Made by a program: the position numbers and the translations under genes. A model generated the notes under the pieces. It saw only the letters and a list, made by a program, of their open reading frames with translations. It searched no databases and had not been told where the DNA came from. From positions 434,001-498,000 of the forward strand of contig AP039692.1 in the NCBI GenBank assembly GCA_051599415.1: a stretch of DNA of 64,000 bases. Reading direction: 5' to 3'. Positions 56,400 to 64,000 of the stretch are shown here, one piece after another. Each line of letters starts with the position of its first letter. Within the stretch, counting starts at the first letter, position 1. This stretch comes from Savitreella phatthalungensis. Its lineage: Eukaryota.

Positions 56400-57152
56400 T
56401 CATTGCTTCTCGAAACGAAATTTTTCGACCTTGACGTCGTCGTGAATGAGCTGATACACGTACAAGACGAGCGTCTTGCCCTGGACATCCATCAGGACGA
56501 AGCTAGGCGGATGATTGCGCTCGGCGCCATCGGTCGATATCTCAGGCGTCCAGGAGGGAGCCCCAGTCGCGCTACCTGGATTGATGAAAAATCTGCCTCC
56601 AAGCTCGTATGCCTCGAATTTGTGCGTGCCTCCCCAGACAAGGACATCCACATCTGTTTGCCTGGCGAGCGCCATGAGCGCATCCCCATCGCCTCGCGGT
56701 AAGACAGCGAATCCGTTTGTAAGCCCCACGCGCACACCGCCGAAAGCATCATTCCCGCCTGAACCCTGCCCGAGAGTCACGACACATGTCATTGGCAGTG
56801 GAGCTCCTACACCGGTTGTCTGCGCCGCTGATATGGCGTTAGCAGTAGAGTTTGAAACGGCAGAACTGCCGCGAGAACCGAACACGGCACTAGCCCCGTT
56901 GATTGCATCGTCGCAATCACCCCGTACGACATGCATTTCTGGCGCGATACGTCGCAGTGTCTCAAATGTGCGACGATCCGTCAAGTTGCCCGTACAAAGC
57001 ACTTGCGCGATCTTGCCCGGCGCAAGCAGCTTCTTGAACTGTCGGGGTCAGTCGATTGCTCGTCAAAATCGTCCCAATGCACTACTCACCTGGCTAGGAA
57101 GGTCCGGCGAGCGGTGCGGTATGTGAAGGTCACCGATCAAGAGCACGAGCAT
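56400..57152 (-). CDS. VPS29: Retromer subunit Vps29, intron 57039-57089
   Basis: MLVLLIGDLHIPHRSPDLPSQ|FKKLLAPGKIAQVLCTGNL; FINPGSATGA; PSFVLMDVQG. Confidence 0.95.
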
Positions 57153-59075
57153 AATGTTACAAGCGAAGACGCCAGCCCAGATATGCCTCGTCGATGTTTT
57201 GTCAATGTCGGGTCATGACAACGATTTACAAATCTCGTAGCACGGATCAATCTTTTGGATCGCATCATAAGTGAATTTTGCCTGACAAAACTCTACATAT
57301 TGGTCGCTTACCTGTTGGTGTCGGACGGCAATGACAGCAGCTGTATGAAATTGCACGATTATGGACCAACTCTAGCTACCTTGCTCGATTGGAGTCGCAT
57401 CATGCTGATCGACGACGCAGCGTAAGGTCGTCTGATTTCAGCAAGATCTGGCTCCAACAATCAGGGAAAAGAGAGTTGGTCCCGCTAGGAAGCAGAATCG
57501 CATGGTTGTGCACGCCATATTGTGCCGAGTCTGGCGTGCGAAGTTGAGGGTCCAAATATTTTGAATCGGCGAGCCTATGAAACAGGCCCAAGCACTGCTC
57601 TTGCAGCTTTGGAGACCTGGTTCCCTCGCGCCGTGAACAGGCAACTGCGCTGCTGCTGGCGACTCGTCCAAAACGCCGAGACCGATCTGTGCTGAGCTAT
57701 GTGAGCATAGGAGATTGAACGCTCCTTGCTATCCCAAGCGCATATTGCTCGTCCCTGCTAGACAGAGATACGGCCAGAAACCCCTTGTTGCTGCGACTAT
57801 GCGTAGGTTTTACCTGTGTTCTGATCTTTTGATGAACGGCTCAGAGGCAGTTCAGACAAAAAGCGCGAACGAAGAAACGAAACTGAACGTCGGACCTTGA
57901 CCAAAACAGCGCGAGGTCGAGGATAAACATCGCAAAGCAGATTTAAACATCGCATGACGCAGCGCGCGCAAGCTGTAGCCACACATCGGAGTGCAACACG
58001 ACTGAAATGTGCAAGCGCGAAGCACCGTGCTGGGCTGGGGAGAGGGCGTAACGAAGATCCAAGACATGCAGCGAAGCGTCAGATCGAAGCGTGGCGTGCG
58101 CTAAAGGCCTAGTATGTGAGCGAGAGCAGGCAACTCGCTTGAGGAGTGCCATTGAACATGAGGACGAAAAGCCATGAAAAGAAAGCAATGTCGCGAGATC
58201 CAAAAAGAAATGTCAGCAATGGAGCGAAGCCGCAGTCGGATGTGAAACTGTGAGACGTCTGGACAAAAGACTGGAGGAGGGACGATTCGAGGGATGCACC
58301 GACATGGGTACAATCACGTGGAGCCCGCAATTGCAGGTCAAGACCAAGACTCGACTATGCGAACGAAGGCCGCGGGCCCTGTAGCGCTGAGTGTGATATC
58401 AGGCGTCTCTGCATGATGAGAATCATGAGGGGTGTTGGCGATGCGCAAAAGTCTGGTGCAGCGTCTGGTAAATGTTATTCATGGGGGACAGGTCTTATTA
58501 TATATCGTTCGAGGTGAAAATGGCGCGCTTCGTGCTGGCGGCTGTGGGATTCATGGTGCAATCTGGTGGGGCACAGGATTCGTCTTGGCCGAGATTGGCG
58601 ACGAAAGGTCTGGAAATTTTCAGCTAATAAGTATTACTAGTGGGTGAATTGTGGGCTACCGGGGCTATGTCTGACACTAGATTGGATGTCGCGTATTTCC
58701 AAGCTTCAGCAGAGGTCTGTTACGAACTGTATTCATTTGACACTGTAATCATTTCAGAAGCTGAATCGACAGTGTCGGGATTACTGACGCAGACCGAACA
58801 ACTGACGCCCGCTTGAGCCTCATTGCCATGTAGGAGTGATCCTTATATGTTTATGTCCAGTGCCAGCGAAGTAGCTCTCATCTACATTAGACAGCTGGAA
58901 GTGAATTCTCCAGGAGATTCGTTGATACACCGAGAGAACGCGTGCATCTTAAATCCGCATCGCAACCTGCCCAACCCTCAATCCAACACCTAGACGTGCG
59001 TAATATTAATGACATAAGTCAAACCCGACGACCCTAAAACATCTTAATATCACCCCAACAGTCAGTCTCACGAGC

Positions 59076-59561
59076 ATGCAGAGGCTAGTCCGAACACCGA
59101 GAAACTTCGCTGGTCTACGTCGCTCTGTGACGAGAACGCCGCTGCCATTTTTCTTGCAGTCTCGCGCTCTGAGCGATGCCACCAGAGCCGCGATTGACAA
59201 AGCTGTCGCGTCGAAGCCCGTAGTGCTATTCATGAAGGGCACGCCAGATGCACCAGCATGCGGATACTCAAGAGCGACAGTCAAGATTCTCGAGATGCAG
59301 GGCGTCGATCCACAGAAGCTGACAACCTTCAATGTCCTTGCAGACGACGACCTCCGACAGGGAATCAAAGAGTACAGCGAGTGGCCGACAATTCCACAGC
59401 TCTATGTAAATAAGGAATTCCTGGGCGGATGCGATATCCTCATCTCCATGCACAATAACGGCGAGCTTGAAGATCTGCTGAACAAGGAAAATGTCTTGCA
59501 ACCGTTGGAGGAGTCAGCGACGACAGATATTGATGGTGCAAAGCCTCCTCAGGGATCATGA
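59076..59561 (+). CDS. GRX5: Mitochondrial monothiol glutaredoxin
   Basis: Arg-rich presequence, VVLFMKGTP, CGYS, WPTIPQLY, GGCD. Confidence 0.93.
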   Translation: MQRLVRTPRNFAGLRRSVTRTPLPFFLQSRALSDATRAAIDKAVASKPVVLFMKGTPDAPACGYSRATVKILEMQGVDPQKLTTFNVLADDDLRQGIKEYSEWPTIPQLYVNKEFLGGCDILISMHNNGELEDLLNKENVLQPLEESATTDIDGAKPPQGS

Positions 59562-59599
59562 GTTGTTAACGAATGCCATACCAAATTTTCACCACTCCC

Positions 59600-61108
59600 T
59601 CATCGAACGCGATACGCGTAGTAATTGTAAAGTCCCCGCGGCGCTCCTCTGGAAAGCGACATGTTGCTTTTGCGTGCGTGCCAAGCGTCCTGTTCACCCT
59701 CAACGTTGTCGCACGAACGGTATTTATGCCGCAACCACGCCCTACGTCCCTGTCCTTCGATGCGTCCAAAAAGCTCGGGCATCTGTCGATGCAGAAGCGC
59801 GAGACCAGGACACTCGATCACAGCTAGCTTGGGAAAGATCGAGCAGAGCGCTCGAGCAAATCCGGATTGGTCTCCGATGACATTGATTGTCATTGACAGG
59901 AACTCGAGGTTCTGCAGCACCGTGGGCGCCGTGGTCCCGAGCTGCCGCGACAGCGTTTGAGAGAGATGAATGTCGTGACATCCAAATTCGAAGAGATTGA
60001 CCGGCATCCGGGCCAGCTGCTCGATGCAAAGCTCGAGTCCGCCTAGGTCCAGGGACTGTAGCTGTGGTGGAAGGACATCCAGGAATCCCGTGACAAATTC
60101 TTCGTCGATTGCCAACGGGTGGATCTTGTTCCAACTCTGGAGCAGATTCAGGCGTTTCAGAGTGCTTGCAGCCGGGTGTTGCGCAATGAAGTTCATCAAT
60201 TGAAGCCCATCCAGACCGCCACAATGTGCTAGATTGAGCTCCTCGAGTCGCGCTGTTCGAGAAATTTTCGACAGAGCGGTCCAACTGACCTTTGTCGCCG
60301 CTAGGTCGAGTCTCTTGAGCTGCGGTAAACGGGGCAGGAGCTCTTCGAAAAATTCGGAGGACAGTTGCGAGCAATTGTGCAGCGACAAATTGTTGAGCGA
60401 CCCTGAGATCGGCGCAGATCTTGCCAGCAATGGTGCGTAGGACGCCGAGAAGGCAGACATAGCGGCACAGAATTCTGCTGAAGTCGCAGCACAGAAATCG
60501 ATAGCACGCAACCTTGATAGCCTGCCGAACGCTGTCTGAAGTACCCGGAGGTCGATGTCCGTCTCAAGCGCCTCACTGACAAAGAGTTCCTCGACATTCG
60601 GGCAGAGCTCAAGGCATGCAGCGAGCGACTCAGAAGTCAAGAACGTGAATTTTCCATGACTCATGAGACTGCGTCCGAGACCGACGCTTGTGAATGCCGA
60701 GAAGTCGAGCGTGCGAATCCAGAGCCCACGTTCCGGATGCTGTTGAAGTTCATGCATGAACTTTGCAAAGGCATGCGGTCCATTGAAGACAATTTGCCGG
60801 TAAAGCAAGGGCAGGACGATTGAATTCAGTTGTCGACATGTCTGGCGTAGCCGGCGCAGACTCGCAAGCCTCGAATAAACGCCCGCCTGAGCTCCGACAA
60901 AGTGTACAATTTGAGTCAAGATCTCGACCGGCAGGTGTCCTCGCGCCAACCTGCGTTCGCGTCCACTGTGCAGCGTCTCTGCGCCACTGGTAGCGCTGCA
61001 AGGACGATGATCGTCCGAGGAGCTTCGACGGCTGACCGGTCTGCTACTACCTCTGCTGTACGGGGTTTTTCTGTTGAGATTGAGGGGATAGTTGTAGATC
61101 AGCGCCAT
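59600..61108 (-). CDS. F-box/leucine-rich repeat protein
   Basis: F-box-like LPVEILTQIVHF, LDFSAFTSVGLGR, LRR-like LxxLxL repeats, C-terminal RGLYNYY. Start chosen at MALIYNYPL; the frame is open to 61387. Confidence 0.82.
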   Translation of the reverse strand: MALIYNYPLNLNRKTPYSRGSSRPVSRRSSSDDHRPCSATSGAETLHSGRERRLARGHLPVEILTQIVHFVGAQAGVYSRLASLRRLRQTCRQLNSIVLPLLYRQIVFNGPHAFAKFMHELQQHPERGLWIRTLDFSAFTSVGLGRSLMSHGKFTFLTSESLAACLELCPNVEELFVSEALETDIDLRVLQTAFGRLSRLRAIDFCAATSAEFCAAMSAFSASYAPLLARSAPISGSLNNLSLHNCSQLSSEFFEELLPRLPQLKRLDLAATKVSWTALSKISRTARLEELNLAHCGGLDGLQLMNFIAQHPAASTLKRLNLLQSWNKIHPLAIDEEFVTGFLDVLPPQLQSLDLGGLELCIEQLARMPVNLFEFGCHDIHLSQTLSRQLGTTAPTVLQNLEFLSMTINVIGDQSGFARALCSIFPKLAVIECPGLALLHRQMPELFGRIEGQGRRAWLRHKYRSCDNVEGEQDAWHARKSNMSLSRGAPRGLYNYYAYRVR

Positions 61109-62431
61109 GAGACTTCCCTCTGAGATGACTGTTTGTCCAGTGCTTCGCGTTGATGTATGATTCGAGTCTTTTGTATCAAGGTTCGCGACTTGTGCGACGA
61201 CTGTTGATGGTGCCCGATGGTTTCGAAGAGCCAGGACGGCTACCTCGCTCGCGGTCCTTGTGAAAAATGATCGGTATTTCCGACTACGCTGTGCAATTCG
61301 GTCCGCGGATGACGCCGAAGCATTCTTAGTTATAACAGCGCTCGTTCGATGACTCATGTGACCTCCTCCATTGACGAATAAGATCACTTCATATATCTGG
61401 AGGAGGTAAAATTATATTCTTGTTCGTGTGGGGTAATTCTCGTTTTGTTGATTAGGCTCCATAGGTCGAGGACATGGGTAGGTAGATTGCTCGATCGAAT
61501 GTGCCTGACGGGGTCACAAGACCGGATTCGTGGAATTTCAGGGGAAGACGAGACCGCTTGATTGATTTATTGTTGACATCGGAAAATCCCTGCCTGTGCA
61601 TTAGGCACACGAGACAAGATGCACTGACATTGCATCGTTAAACGCTCACGGCTGATGAGCATTCAGCCCGAGCGCTTCTCTAGTAAGCAGCGAATGCGAT
61701 TGATTCAGAGGCAAATCTTCCTTGCACAGTTGTAGAGCTCTTGCAATCCTCGAATACATTGACAGAGTCTCGAGTCTCGCGCTGTTCCGCCTACTATGGA
61801 AGGTGTCAGCATAATTCATCATGCATCGCTTGAGCACCGCAAGCAAGGAATCTCTCAGTCTCAGTAATCGGTTACTCATGCTTTATGGGTGGACAGAAGA
61901 AACATTTCCAAGTCCTTGTCTTTACTTAAGCTGTCTGCGTTTGAACTCTTCGATAGCAGAGGTCCGCTAGGACATTGCACGATGCTTGAATGGATCGCTT
62001 CGAAGTCGCGCGGTATCCTGCATAATACAGACCCATCCAGAGGTCAATATTGAACGATAAATTGTATCAATTCGATCGTCCATGCATGCACAATATATGT
62101 ACGTGCGCATAGATCTGCGACTTCCCGTGCGCTCCATTCAAGTGTGGCCTGGTAATCTTCGAAGTGATCGTAGCGGCGGTCTTCGACGTGCTGAACTGTC
62201 TTGCGATCTCAAAAGGAGCTCGATTCGCGCGACATTGCTGTCTGTCTGTCGTGCTTGCAGACGAGTTGACCAAGACTTCGGTATTTCAGGTATTCTCGAG
62301 ACCTCTCAAAACGGACGCCGTTGCGTGCTCGCGAGATCGGTTGAGGCTCACTGCTGAGCGCTCACCATCACTGATCTGCTCTCAGTTTCTCAGCACACAC
62401 GAAGAGCGTCGTGCATTGAGCGAAGGTGACC

Positions 62432-63568
62432 ATGCTTGATGCGATTCCACCTGCTCTCCTAAAGGATGTCCGCCGGATACTTAGCTGTCAGGTTTGCCAT
62501 GAGCTCATGGTAGAGCCCGTCAATCTAGATTGCGGACACTCTTACTGCTCAGCATGTATGCGCGACTGGTTGCCGAACAACAAACGATGCCCGACTTGTC
62601 GGCAGCCCATCAAGCGCTCGCCTAGCTCGGCGTTCCTTTTGCGTGATCTCAGTGATGCAATCGTCGACCACATAGAGCGCCTTGACCCGCACGGCGAGGG
62701 ACACGAGCTCCGACGGGCACAACAGGAACAAAGGAACGTCGCTGCACGCAAGGTGTGTACGGACACATTCGAGACGCTTTTTGCTCAAGATCGAAACGCC
62801 TCATCGTCTCACCGTCCAGGTGGAGGGCTTGGTCTATTTTATGATGCCACAGATGATGTCTTACGATGCTCAAACTGTCAATGGGAGGCAGAGGATGGTC
62901 TGATCTGTGCACAGTGCGGCGAGGACTTTCCTTTGCCGTTATCTCCAGACATCATGTCAGACCAATTCGAGCACCTGATAGCAGAGGTAGGAGGCCTCAG
63001 TCGTTACAGAGCCATGTTAGGTCTCTCGGAATCTGACCTGCATGACAACGGCGACGCCGGAGGTGTCGGATTTGGCGAATCTAGCGCTAGCGCTGACGAC
63101 GGAGAAGATGATGTCCATGATGCCATCGAGAATGAGTATGATCTGGAAGACTCGTTCATTGACAATCGCAACACAAGCGAGGTTGATGTAGACCTCGACG
63201 ATACATACGATTTCGATGAGGAAGATGACTTTTACGATCACGACAGCGACGAAATATCAGAGGTTGACGAGCACGAGGACACGCCCGAGTCCTGTGACCA
63301 GTCATTTGAGTGCAATCATGTGGCACCTCAGCAAGCGCCGAGCACTACGGAAACCATTGATCTGTCTTCCCAGGACAGTGATGCTCAACAAATTCAGGCG
63401 TGGGACGACAACGAGGCTCCTTCTAATAACATATTCCCGTTTGCCGGCCCTCGCGCCTTTTCAGGATCCGATGCGCTCGGGGGACAGGCAACAAGGACCA
63501 GAGGTCAGAAACGTCGCCGCATTATTGTGGTCGATACTGATGACGAAGATGATGATGACGACGACTAG
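62432..63568 (+). CDS. RING (C3HC4) E3 ubiquitin ligase with second CxxC..CxxC motif and acidic tail, Psh1-like
   Basis: CQVC...CGHSYC..C...CPTC; DATDDVLRCSNCQWE...CAQCG; D/E-rich C-terminus with DSFID. Confidence 0.85.
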   Translation: MLDAIPPALLKDVRRILSCQVCHELMVEPVNLDCGHSYCSACMRDWLPNNKRCPTCRQPIKRSPSSAFLLRDLSDAIVDHIERLDPHGEGHELRRAQQEQRNVAARKVCTDTFETLFAQDRNASSSHRPGGGLGLFYDATDDVLRCSNCQWEAEDGLICAQCGEDFPLPLSPDIMSDQFEHLIAEVGGLSRYRAMLGLSESDLHDNGDAGGVGFGESSASADDGEDDVHDAIENEYDLEDSFIDNRNTSEVDVDLDDTYDFDEEDDFYDHDSDEISEVDEHEDTPESCDQSFECNHVAPQQAPSTTETIDLSSQDSDAQQIQAWDDNEAPSNNIFPFAGPRAFSGSDALGGQATRTRGQKRRRIIVVDTDDEDDDDDD

Positions 63569-63708
63569 CAAGGAGTGCCACGATGGCATCTTTGAGTATG
63601 AATTTACAATACGTGTGATAATGAATATGTCGATTCGAACGTGCATCCCACGATATGTACCTATCTCATCGATCAACAGCCTTGGGTAATTTCGATCGTC
63701 AGCCAGGA

Positions 63709-63714
63709 CACGTG
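63709..63714. promoter_or_regulatory. CACGTG E-box (Pho4-type bHLH site) upstream of the SPX gene
   Basis: Motif lies ~175 bp before the SPX ATG. Function inferred from PHO-regulon knowledge only. Confidence 0.3.
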
Positions 63715-63886
63715 CGATTTGCGCGCGTCTCATGAATCCGTAGATCCACCTGACATCGACGCAGACAGCACGAGAAAGCTCCGCTGAGGTCTATATCTGA
63801 TGACGAGTTGCTACTAGCACGCAGCTTTCCAAGCAATATGAATGAACGATAGGCACAATCTCTAAGTATCATCCGGTCTCCGCGAG

Positions 63887-64000
63887 ATGAAGTTCGGCAA
63901 AACGATCCTTGCGCAGCAACTCCCAGAGTACGCACCACATTACATCAATTACAAGGCGCTTAAAAAGATCATCAAATCGCTCGCCGCAGGCTCAGAGCAT
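63887..64000 (+). CDS. SPX-domain protein N-terminus (Pho81/Nuc-2-like), truncated by window edge
   Basis: MKFGKTILAQQLPEYAPHYINYKALKKIIKSL is the SPX start signature. Confidence 0.88.
   Translation, partial: MKFGKTILAQQLPEYAPHYINYKALKKIIKSLAAGSEH

Noticed and set aside
6034..57152. Trafficking gene cluster (GET1, VPS54, VPS1, VPS29)
   Set aside because: Scattered among unrelated housekeeping genes; consistent with chance.
62432..63568. Link between the Psh1-like ligase (CENP-A regulator in yeast) and the candidate centromere
   Set aside because: 26 kb apart, with no reason to expect physical linkage.

Overview
A compact, intron-poor fungal (ascomycete) chromosome segment. Short GT-AG introns with CTRAY branch points and the protein content suggest Taphrinomycotina, which is an inference. 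About 25 genes are recognisable: two GT15 mannosyltransferases, FAL1, TRK, GET1, PPX1, HTD2, an elongase, COX6, VPS54, MCM5, a CUE protein, a mitochondrial carrier, RIX7, VPS1, a Ste20/GCK kinase, TRA1, a Ser/Thr-rich membrane sensor, CRM1, VPS29, GRX5, an F-box/LRR protein, a PSH1-like RING ligase and the start of an SPX protein. Two non-housekeeping structures stand out. (1) A gene-poor island (~33.3-38.1 kb) holds an apparently perfect, strongly CpG-depleted 625-bp inverted repeat around a 917-bp core, built from about 7 degenerate ~70-bp units. Its architecture resembles inverted-repeat regional centromeres or invertible loci. (2) A 1.9-kb pogo/Fot1 DD35D transposon has 32-bp TIRs, a TA TSD, a 3' frameshift and a striking CCGG-to-CTAG compositional signature. 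All coordinates, intron calls and motif counts were made by eye; no database searches were run.
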